From assembly GCA_001600695.1 (NCBI GenBank), contig BCKQ01000018.1, positions 202,103 through 266,102 on the forward strand: a stretch of 64,000 nt of DNA, in the 5' to 3' direction. The stretch comes from Ascoidea asiatica JCM 7603 (taxonomy: Eukaryota > Fungi > Ascomycota). Shown one piece after another: positions 12,781 through 22,881 of this stretch. The number at the start of each line of letters is the position of its first letter. Positions within the stretch are counted from its first letter, which is position 1. The notes beneath the pieces were generated by a model, which was not told the origin of the DNA, did not search any database, and worked only from the letters and a program-made list of their open reading frames with translations. Made by a program: the position numbers and the translations under genes.

Positions 12781-14282
12781 TTTATGCTGTATATATATTC
12801 TAAGTTGAAATTGGTTATGAGTTTCGGTATAAATGAAAAGTACCCATTATTTTATTTACTATTCTTCCCCTTTCCCCTTTTCTTCATAATTTCTCATCAT
12901 TTTAATAGGAAAATCTTCAATTTTTTCATTCAAGATATTCGCTTATGTTTCTAAACCCTATCATAATTTCTTACTGAGAACCTATATATTTATTACCCTT
13001 TTAAACTATGAATTTCAAGACCTAAAATTCGGGATTTTTTATTTGTACATATGCACTTCTTTATATCATTTTTAATATAATTTATATAAAAACTCTTTAA
13101 TCGTTTCTTTTAAATCTTTTCCTTATGTTTTTCCCTTTTCTCAAATAAACTTGAAAAAAAATGAGTTCCTTTTGATAAAAATCTAAAATCTTTTTCAAAA
13201 CACAAAAGCGCTTTTGAACACTACTTTCATTCTATAAGAACAAGAACAGAAACTTTAGTTAATTTTATTTCACCATCTTTAGTTTAGAAATATTTCACTG
13301 AATTTTAAAAAAAAACATGTTATTATTGTAACAAATTACCTTTTTTTTTGCTCAACTTCTAATTGTGATGGGTTAACTATAAGCACCATTTGGAACCAGG
13401 TTTATAATATAGCTATAAACATAAGTCATATATCAAAATTCTTCTTATTTTTCTTGAAAGTAATTTAGAATCAAAATGAAAAAAAAGGATAAGATAATAA
13501 AAAAAAAGAAAAAAGAAAAAAAGAAAAAAAGAAAAAAAATGTGAAAAAAGGTGATAAAATAGAAGATAAAGAAGATATTGAATCATGGAATAAAGTAACG
13601 TAATAATTTAGTTACGATATTTCTCTGGTCTTTTTAATATTAACGTCAGCAGTTACGTGCATATTCCCGAATCGCAAAAACTACACCTTATTGAAAACTT
13701 TGGTTATATCTAAACGTTATATATATATTCAACCACAATTCCTAAAATTATTGAAAAGGTCATTATTATTCTTTTTAATGGAAAAAATTTTGAAGAACTT
13801 TTTATTATTCTTTTTAAAAATATAAAAAGATAATTTGAAAAAAATTTGATTCTTCGAATAATAGTGTAATGAAAAATTTTCTGAATTCAAGCAATAAAAT
13901 AAACCCAAGTTAATTATCTTTCTTTTTATAATACTAAACTATTCTAAAACCAATAAATTTTTGTTTTCATATCTTTTAGAGTAAAAATTCATTTTAAATT
14001 AAAGAAAAAAATTGAAATAAGCCTGCTTCTATTTTTCATTGAAAAAAATATATGAAAATTCTATTTTGAATTTTAAATCTTTGAAGTTCATGTATCATGA
14101 AGTTATTTTCTATTTTATTTCATTGAAATTATAGAAGAACTATTTTAATTTCAAAAAAAATAATCAGCTTTTCTTAAAAGAAAAAATTTTCAAAATAATT
14201 CATTATAATAAAAATAATTTTAAATAAAAATTTACTGAATGAAAAATACATTGCACCAATATAAAAAAGCGATTTTTGCAGC

Positions 14283-14870
14283 AGGTGCTAGGTAGAACTG
14301 TCTTAAATGGTGTATTCTTCACACGTGACATTATGAAGCGTAACGTCTTTTTTAGGTCACAAACTGCTCCACCTTTGAAACATATCCAAGTAATGTGAAA
14401 ATACAAGCAATAAAGACATATTTGTTATTGTGAGATTTTTCAGAATATATAAACTCCAATGAAAGGAGAAGATTTCACAAATATTGATAATTTATAAAGC
14501 CTGTTTGGGGCTCTTGACATCAGAATGTTGGTGTGTTGATTATATTTTTCCTAAAGACTCTAAAACACCAAGAGCCTTGAGAATTAGGAACTGATTTTCT
14601 CGTAAAAGCCCAAATGCTTAAAAATGCAAGTTGTACGTACTGCAGCATTTTGAAAGGTACGTGAATATCATCCGACCTAAATATGTTCTTTTTAAACAGG
14701 GAATTTTAATATGATATATTTTTTATCTCTAGTGAATTAGTCCTAATATTTAAAAAAGTAATCCTAACATTACAGGGCAGAAAAAACCCTCATTAACTTT
14801 TGAGTTACGAGAAAAGGCTCAACCTTAAATCTTAATTGATATTTTTATTTTTACTTAGGTTAATACATTT
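14283..14870 (+). ncRNA. Candidate structured non-coding RNA (class unknown)
   Basis: Series of nested helices found by eye, several needing G-U pairs (strand-specific). TATAAAAA lies just upstream (~14260). No ORF. Confidence 0.3.
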
Positions 14871-17619
14871 TGAATTCTTTTAACTTCAAAATAAATTTTC
14901 ACTCTTTCAGGTTTTTTTCAGTTTTAAAAGTTCAACAATAAAATTGACTAGAGTAGTAGATATTCCTAACAAAATTTTGAATAAAAGAAATATATTTAAT
15001 TCCCTAGTTTTCAAAATAAAACTAGACCTAAATCCTTTTGAACAGTATGGCAAGAAAATAAGTAACATTAATCCAATTCAGGTTAGATTTAGCTCTCTCT
15101 TTTTTCTGCTGATAAAGAAAAGAAAAGATGTTTTCCTTTTTTGAATTCAATTATCAATAGAATTCTCATCTCATATTTTGAAGTTTTCTAACATTTACGA
15201 AATCTTCATACACAATAAGTAGCAAATGGATCTTTGAAATTCAAAATAATAGAAATAATTTAGAATCAAAACTAAACAAAACTAAGAATTCATCAAATAA
15301 TTCCTCAGAAAAGTTGTTTTCTTATGTTCTTTGTCAAAAAAAAAACGGTCCATATACTAATGAAATTCTCAATTAAGGTGTATTATGCTTTTTAGTGCTA
15401 TGATGAAAATTGATGTCAATAATGGATTTCTTTATTCTGCTGTTTCCGAGTTATTTCCAACAAAATTTAGATTAATCAGTGTTCATAACTTTCAAACTAT
15501 TACTTTTTACCCATGACATTTTTTGTGTCCAAAGACTAATATATTCTGAGTACATAAGTATCAGTAAGAATCTGATGTTTGGTCATTGAAATACAGAAAA
15601 TATTTTAAAGAAGACTCTAGGGTGGAGGTCCTGTCTAATAAAAGTTCTCTTAAAACATTTTTGCAAATTATTTTTTAAACCTTCACTAGTTAAAAGAGTT
15701 ATATTCCCATAAGTTATTTTCTTATCAGAAATGATTTAGTTTCTCAAATTGAATTTATTTCAAACATATTTTAAACTTTTCTCACAAAAATTTGCCTCGA
15801 AATAATGTTAACCTTCAAATTTTTCTTTATCTTATCTTATTGTTTCAATAGTATTAGAAAAAGGAAATTTGTTTATTTATACTCAATTTTTTTAACTCGA
15901 AAACCAAAGTCAGTTTATTATTCCTTAGCTGTTTTGATACAATATGTAAACCATTTTCTTTTAAATAATAACAAAAGATGAGCTTAATTTGAAAAATAAA
16001 CTAGATTTTTATTTTTTCTTCCTCTATTTTAGGTTAAAAAAAGTAATATAAAATTCAGAGTTGTAACTTATCAGTTTCTTTCCGAAACTATTTTCATACA
16101 GTCCACTTTTTGGTGAAAAAAATGATAAACTTTTTCTTTAGAATTAGGTTTTAAGATAAGCATAACTTTTTTCCTTTTAATTTTTTATGCCTATCCCTCT
16201 ATTTCGCTTGCACTTTAGCTTTTCATAAAAGCGAGTATTAGTTTAATTTTTCCAATTGTAGTAGAAATCACTAGTCGAATTTTGCTAAATTTTCTCATGT
16301 ATTGAAAAACATTTAGAAAATATTCAAAAAATCAGATTCTCGTATAAATAAATATCTCAGAATAATATCTTTTTTTACTCAGTCAGAAAAAAAAAAACTC
16401 GTTCTATAATCTCTATTTTAAGCTAGAAAAGGCCTGAAACGTTATCATAAAGAGAATTTGAATCTTAGTTGATTTCTTCTATTAAAAACAAAATAAAAAA
16501 TAAATCCAATTACAGTGCAAGTGAAATTTCACTTTAAGCAGAAATATTACCTGAAAAGTTTGAAAGAAATTAAAAAAGTTAAATAAAAAAAGGAAAAAAT
16601 AGTAATCTAAGAGACCATTCGTTGATGGGAATTTGAAAATAAAAGTAGATAAAAGTACCAGTTTTATTAGTATTCTTTTGAATACATCTTTTGAGAAAAT
16701 TGAAAAAAAAATATTAAAACATTTAGAAAGCTCAACTAAAGCTGAATTATAGTTGAAAGGAATTATCTATTAATTTAAATAGTAATTCTTCAAGAGAAAT
16801 TAATCAAGTCACTATTAAAATGTTTCAACTTCAAAACTGATTGATCCTATACTTCAAAACAATTCATTATTACTATATATTTTCAAGAATAATAGTGGGT
16901 TAGATTCTTGAAATTTCAATCCTTTTCTTTTCTTCAGCTTTTGTTTCTTCTTTTACCCAAATGAGATTGAAATTAAATATTCCTTTTTATAACGAATATC
17001 TTCTGACTTATGTTTTTATGTCTAAAATTAGATTATAAATAATCAAAAAGTTGAAAGAAAGTTTGCGATAAAAAATCAATTTTTTGGCGATTTTTGAAAA
17101 TACATAGTGAAAAAAGTTAAAAACGGTACCTTAAGCAGTAAAACTAAGAATTATAATCTTTCCAAATGCAAATACCCCGTGCATTGCGGAATACAGGTTT
17201 CTCTTATTTGAATTCGTGGTGTTTTCAGCCAGCTTTTAAATCATAACGTTATTACCTTTATTTCAAAAAATATTCATTGAATAATGAGGATAACTTTATC
17301 AAAATATTAATGTTCTCATCTGAACAATCTATTAAAAGATAATTAACACTACTCAATTGCAAAATATCAATACTAGGATCAAGGAAACCGAATTATTCTA
17401 TATAATAATCAAACTTATCTGTTATAATGACTTACTGATTGGCATTTAACTCCTCAATAATATCAAAATCATTTCCGTTTTATAATCATTAACTATTAGC
17501 TATCATTTCTTTTATTTTCATTTTTTATTTGCATATATCAACTATAGATTTTGAATAATATCATTTCAATACAAGCATTTCTTAATCAAAAACTCAATCT
17601 CAAAAAACTTAATTTTAAA

Positions 17620-18258
17620 ATGCCTTCAGATATTCAACTTGAAGACCTAAGCAAAACCACCAAATCTGATTTGTTGCCGACTTATATGGATTCCAAATCA
17701 TCAAATACTTCAAAAGGATTAAAAAGAAGAAGACGATTACTTTTCCTTATAGCAATAATATTGATAGGTCTCTTATCAACTTTTCTTAAAAATTATAATC
17801 AATTAAAATTAGAATATAATGCAATTCTGATTGGGTTTCTATTTGGAACAATTACTTCAACTTTAGCACAATCTTTCAATCAAATATATAACAGAAAGTA
17901 TTCTTACAATCAATTAATGAAATTTGCAATTTGGGGATCTATAAATGGTGTCTTTAGTTGCTTATGGATTGATCTTTTGGTAGTTCAGTTTGAGAATACC
18001 ACAGCCAGAGTCTTAGTTGATCAACTAATAGGTGCTCCTTCTTTCCAATTGATATATTTTATATTAAGCTGTCTTTGGGATAACCTAGAATTCAAAAAGT
18101 CATTTAAACCTCTTTATTTAAGAGGATTACAATTTTCTTATTTGATATGGCCCACATTTTCTTTTGCGAGTTTTTTGTTTTTACCACCAGAAATCATATT
18201 CCCGGCCAACTGTATGGTTTCGCTTCTCTGGAATATTGTTTTAAGTTTTATAAATTGA
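17620..18258 (+). CDS. Mpv17/PMP22-family membrane protein
   Basis: RVLVDQLIGAP and YLIWP...F..LPP Mpv17/PMP22 motifs, several TM segments, ATG in AAAATG context at 17620. Confidence 0.85.
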   Translation: MPSDIQLEDLSKTTKSDLLPTYMDSKSSNTSKGLKRRRRLLFLIAIILIGLLSTFLKNYNQLKLEYNAILIGFLFGTITSTLAQSFNQIYNRKYSYNQLMKFAIWGSINGVFSCLWIDLLVVQFENTTARVLVDQLIGAPSFQLIYFILSCLWDNLEFKKSFKPLYLRGLQFSYLIWPTFSFASFLFLPPEIIFPANCMVSLLWNIVLSFIN

Positions 18259-18506
18259 ATTAATCTAGAAAAATAAAAGTTCACGTATCATCATTTATTT
18301 CACTACATTTTATATGTTGTAAGGCTATTTTACTTTTGTTTTAAGCTATACTTGAATTGTATAAATAAAAGACAATTCTTTTCTTGCCTTTTCACTTTGT
18401 TTAATTTTTTTTTTTTTTGTTTCTTTATCGGCGCTAAAAACAAAATATCAACTTTCTCTATATAAATATTTGGTGAAATAGAAGCTCATTCAAAAAAATT
18501 AAAATA

Positions 18507-20246
18507 ATGAAGGTTAATGATGAATCATTTCAGGAATCAATTTGGAAAGCAAATAAAGGAATTTCAGATCAGAAAAATAAAATAAGCAGTGATTTTGATA
18601 GTAGTTTTATTACCAGATTTAGTTCAACCGATACTTTTGAATCATCTTTTCTTTCTTCATCTTCAAATTTTAATTCGAATGATATAGATTTTTTCAATAA
18701 AAACAGTGAAAACTTTGAACCAAGTTTAACAGAATCACAATTAACAGTTATCAGTTCAATTACTAAAATCTTTGACAATATACAAAATATACCAATTGAT
18801 GTTTCAAATTCGTTTCTTCAAAAGTTACTAATATTATTAATGAGCAAAGATTCAACTTTAGCATCTCCTTTTCAAATTAGGCTTCCTTTTTCTTGGGCAA
18901 ATATATTCAACAATTATGAAACAAATTTTGATTCTGAAAAAATATCTATGCCAATTGATTTTTCAAATTTTACTTTCGATTTTATAAAAGCAAAATATTA
19001 TGACAATCATAAAAATTTCAACCTTTACTCTTCTATTTTGAATGATATATTTATTACCAAATGTATGAAAAAAAAAACAGGTAATGAAAATATATTTTTA
19101 ATTCCTATAATACCCTCATTTTTAGAATGTGTATCTGGGTTTATAGATAATCAGGCAATAGGGCTTCAAGATAATTTAACATATTCCAAATGTTCTAAAG
19201 AATCTTTTAGTCAAAATGGTTTTATTTTATTTCAAAAATTAATTGAATTTCCTAGCTATTTAAAAAAAAAATTATATGAGTTTGATAACATAATTCAAAT
19301 GAAAAATATTAAGAATTTGAATTGTGAAAAGAAATTTTTTCCAATAAATTACAATCTAAATAATTTTTTAAGTTTCAAATTCAAAGAAATTTTGAAAGAT
19401 TATATCACTTGGTTAATAAAATCTAGTTATTTTGTTGAAAAAAAATTTGTTTTCAAACTTAGCAGTTTAAGTATTGAAAGTTTTTTAGAAGTATTTTTAA
19501 AAGATTATTTGATAATTGTTTCTCTAGATGAAGTGAAAGCTCAAACAGAGCCTGATAAAATAATGACACAATCGACGAAAAAAAATATCGATGATTCAAA
19601 AAGTAATAATTTTAATAAAAAAAAGAGAAAGGTTCATGATAATCATCTGTCCAATCAATATTATAATCAACCTACCACCAAAGACTTTGATAATCTCATA
19701 TCACTTCTAAAAGATAAGCTGAATTCATCATCAGTAATAAACTCCAAAATGCATTCTATGAACAAGTTGAAATTTGGTATTATAATAGCTGGTCCCTTAA
19801 TAACACTTTGCGTAAATGATGCAAATCTAGTTCATTGTACTTCCACTTCTGATAATGAGAAACCACGTAATCTTGATAGTTTTCAAAATTCCAAAAACCT
19901 CAAGAAAGAATTTGATGAATGGTCTGAAGTTTCTTCCAAAGGAATTGTTCCTGATTGTGAAAAAGATATAAAAAAAAATATTATTAACAATTTGAGACCG
20001 CTTATTACTTTTAATATGCTGAAATTTTTAAAAATGTCGGCTTCACAAAATTGTACCAAGATATTCAAATCGACACAAACTTTTAAAAAAGATTTTGAAA
20101 ACTCTTTTAAAAATGTTAGACTTGAGGATGATTCTTGTCAATTTTTTTTAAAGCTTGCTATGTTCATTGAAATAAGTCGTAAAGTTTTCATTAATGATCT
20201 TTTAAATTCAAATATATTTCCTTTAGATTTCACTCTTGACATATGA
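18507..20246 (+). CDS. Uncharacterised 579-aa protein (possibly meiotic; see findings)
   Basis: Long ORF with a basic NLS-like KKKRK; no family recognised. Confidence 0.75.
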   Translation: MKVNDESFQESIWKANKGISDQKNKISSDFDSSFITRFSSTDTFESSFLSSSSNFNSNDIDFFNKNSENFEPSLTESQLTVISSITKIFDNIQNIPIDVSNSFLQKLLILLMSKDSTLASPFQIRLPFSWANIFNNYETNFDSEKISMPIDFSNFTFDFIKAKYYDNHKNFNLYSSILNDIFITKCMKKKTGNENIFLIPIIPSFLECVSGFIDNQAIGLQDNLTYSKCSKESFSQNGFILFQKLIEFPSYLKKKLYEFDNIIQMKNIKNLNCEKKFFPINYNLNNFLSFKFKEILKDYITWLIKSSYFVEKKFVFKLSSLSIESFLEVFLKDYLIIVSLDEVKAQTEPDKIMTQSTKKNIDDSKSNNFNKKKRKVHDNHLSNQYYNQPTTKDFDNLISLLKDKLNSSSVINSKMHSMNKLKFGIIIAGPLITLCVNDANLVHCTSTSDNEKPRNLDSFQNSKNLKKEFDEWSEVSSKGIVPDCEKDIKKNIINNLRPLITFNMLKFLKMSASQNCTKIFKSTQTFKKDFENSFKNVRLEDDSCQFFLKLAMFIEISRKVFINDLLNSNIFPLDFTLDI

Positions 20247-20639
20247 TTTATCAATCCTAATCTGCTTTATAATTTATTGTGAATATCAAAATGCAAAATA
20301 TTATTTACATAAATCACTAGAGTCATCTCAAAAATGGGGAATATTTGGAAAATGTTGAAATATTTCAAGCAAATCTAGATTTTGAATACTTTCATGTCTC
20401 TACTGTAGGATACTTCAAATTATTGTTCTTTCCTGAAAAATAGTTTTTTAATAGGAGTATGCTATTATTATTGAGACAAATAATCTGTAAAACGTTTTGT
20501 AAAATAATTTGTAGAATTACTAGCAATACTATTACTGCTTATGTTTGTACTAATGGATGAGTTCAACAGATTTTGAGATAAAATGGTAACGCTTTCGGAG
20601 ATAATAAATTAAATCGCGATATTATAAAGAAGCAGTTAT

Positions 20640-20645
20640 CACGTG
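20640..20645. promoter_or_regulatory. CACGTG E-box (Cbf1-type); also at 10167, 14322, 22696, 26996, 30982, 34172, 53488, 53708, 57739 and 60053
   Basis: Repeated occurrence in intergenic promoters; the 20640 and 22696 sites share TATCACGTGCTAT. Confidence 0.7.
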
Positions 20646-20800
20646 CTATAATTTGTTTTATCGCTTAATTATTTAAGAATTCTCCTTTTTCCTAATGATA
20701 AAAAGTGTCGATATCTCATTCAAAAGAAGTAAATATATCAAAAAAAAGAATTAAACAGTAAAAATTAATATTAAGTTAACTTATCGCCATTATTATAACA

Positions 20801-21466
20801 ATGAACAGATTATTTGGATCAAAACGAAATGCTGCCCCAAAGCCAACTTTGAATGATGCTCTTACAAATATTGATGGTAGAGTGTCTTCATTAGATATAA
20901 AACTATCTAAAATTAATGCAGAATTAACAACATATCAACAAAGATTAACTAGAATGAGAGAAGGTCCAGGAAAAAGGGCATTGAAACAAAAAGCTTTGAA
21001 ATTACTCAAACAAAAAAAACAAATAGAGGCTCAAAAGGATCAACTTGAAAATCAAAGTTGGAATATGTCTCAAGCTCAAATGACTAATGATAATTTAAAA
21101 AATACTATGATAACAATTGATGCTATGAAACAAACTAATAAAGAACTTAAGAAAACTTATGGAAAGATTGATGTTGATAAAATTGATGATTTACAGGATG
21201 AGATGCTTGATTTGATTGAAAAGAGTAACGAGATTCAAGATAGTTTATCTACGGCCTATAATGTACCCGATGATGTAAGTGAAAGTGAATTGGATGCAGA
21301 ATTAGAAGCATTGGGTGATGAAATTCAATATGAACAAGAAAGTTCTTCTCAAATTCCTAGTTATTTACAAGCTGATGATGAAATGACTAAATTACCAAGT
21401 TTTATTGATGAAGATTCAATCAAAGATACAAATGCAATTGATAAAAATAAACTTACAGCAACTTGA
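20801..21466 (+). CDS. VPS60: ESCRT-III-associated Snf7-family protein (CHMP5)
   Basis: MNRLFG...PKPTL start, QSWNM.QAQ, NLKNT, ESELDAELEAL. Confidence 0.93.
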   Translation: MNRLFGSKRNAAPKPTLNDALTNIDGRVSSLDIKLSKINAELTTYQQRLTRMREGPGKRALKQKALKLLKQKKQIEAQKDQLENQSWNMSQAQMTNDNLKNTMITIDAMKQTNKELKKTYGKIDVDKIDDLQDEMLDLIEKSNEIQDSLSTAYNVPDDVSESELDAELEALGDEIQYEQESSSQIPSYLQADDEMTKLPSFIDEDSIKDTNAIDKNKLTAT

Positions 21467-21502
21467 TTTTTATTCATAATATATTATACTATTAACCACT
21501 CC

Positions 21503-22507
21503 TTAATGAATTTTTTTAATTGCCATAAGATAATTCCCTATTTTATTTGTTGGTGTATATAACCACCCATTTAGTGGCAAATATCCACAACCCTTACAGT
21601 CTATAACTTGATATTTCGACCCAGTTTCTTCTCCATTTAATTCTTCAAACCAATTTTTAATCTCTGATGAATTTATATATTTATCAACATGGTGTGTTCC
21701 AACTGGAACAATTTTAAGTATATACTCTCCCATAAAAATTGTAGTAAACCAACTAATAAAATCTCTATTTATAGTGCTTAAGAATAAAATACCATCTTTT
21801 TTAAGATGACTAAGAGCATCTTTTAAAACAACAGACGGTAAATTGACATGTTCTAAAACTTCCATTAAAGTAACAATATCGAATTTGCTATCTTTAGGAA
21901 TATTTTCAATGGCTGTGAGGCTGTAGGTGACTTTGTCTTCTATTAAAGGATCCATTTTTTTATGATTATCTGCAATTTTAATAACTTCTGGAGATAAATC
22001 GATACCCTTAACAGATCTCACAATTGGTAATCGTGCTAATGATTCTGATAAAATTCCACCTCCACAGCCAATATCCAAAATATCAAAATGAAATTCATTA
22101 TAAACACTCATTCGTTTATCATTTTGTTCCTTTAGAATCTGGCTTGAGATTTGATTTGGTAGAAGGTCCAAATTAAACCCAGGGACATAAACTTGTTGTT
22201 CAATTGGAACTTCTGGGTCATTTAATGGAATAGAATTCAAAATCGTCTCCTGAATAAAATCCATTCTTAATAAATTCATTTTATGAAGAATTCTTTGAGG
22301 ACCATTGATATCCCACCATGATGAAGCTAGAGCATTGAAATGTTTCATCTCATCCTTGTCAATATTTGTTAAGTTAATATTTTTATTATTATGAAAAGTA
22401 AATTGCGTTGACGAGAAAAATCTCCTTTGATTTAATCCGATTTCATTCTTTAAAATTTTTCCAATATTTGTGGATTTTATTGGGAAAACAAATTTTTTTT
22501 TGATCAT
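21503..22507 (-). CDS. COQ3: Ubiquinone biosynthesis O-methyltransferase
   Basis: WWD..GP.RILHKMNLLR, ILDIGCGGGILSESLAR, EVLEHV, STINR, VPVGTH; mitochondrial presequence. Confidence 0.95.
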   Translation of the reverse strand: MIKKKFVFPIKSTNIGKILKNEIGLNQRRFFSSTQFTFHNNKNINLTNIDKDEMKHFNALASSWWDINGPQRILHKMNLLRMDFIQETILNSIPLNDPEVPIEQQVYVPGFNLDLLPNQISSQILKEQNDKRMSVYNEFHFDILDIGCGGGILSESLARLPIVRSVKGIDLSPEVIKIADNHKKMDPLIEDKVTYSLTAIENIPKDSKFDIVTLMEVLEHVNLPSVVLKDALSHLKKDGILFLSTINRDFISWFTTIFMGEYILKIVPVGTHHVDKYINSSEIKNWFEELNGEETGSKYQVIDCKGCGYLPLNGWLYTPTNKIGNYLMAIKKIH

Positions 22508-22881
22508 CTTGAGAGCTTTGTCAATTGAATTCCAGGAGTAACGTATTATAAATTAATTTAAGTAATTAAAATATAACTAAATACTACACACCAGTAATAA
22601 TTTAAACAGATGCTTTATAAATTGATTAAATTATCACTCGTTCTACTATTATTAATAACCCTGGTGGTAATCCTCACATATGGTGCTGTACATATCACGT
22701 GCTATTAAGACAATCTCTTCAATAATAAAAAAGTGAAACATTAAATATTGATGCTAGAATCTTTGTCTTCCATTTCACGGTCTTAATTTTTTAAAGAATA
22801 GATAATTTTGAAGACAATTTTACAGTCCTCAAGTTTAAAGCAGATTATTGAATATAGTTATCAAAGCGAAATGCTTTATAA

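Noticed and set aside
15400-15585. ATGATGA...CTGA box pair and a hairpin
   Set aside because: No terminal stem or recognisable guide; compatible with chance in AT-rich DNA.
14322-16090. Point-centromere elements: CDEI-like GTCACGTG (14322, minus strand) and CDEIII-like TTTCCGAAA (~16079)
   Set aside because: They are not in the right order, orientation or spacing, and no CDEII-like tract links them.
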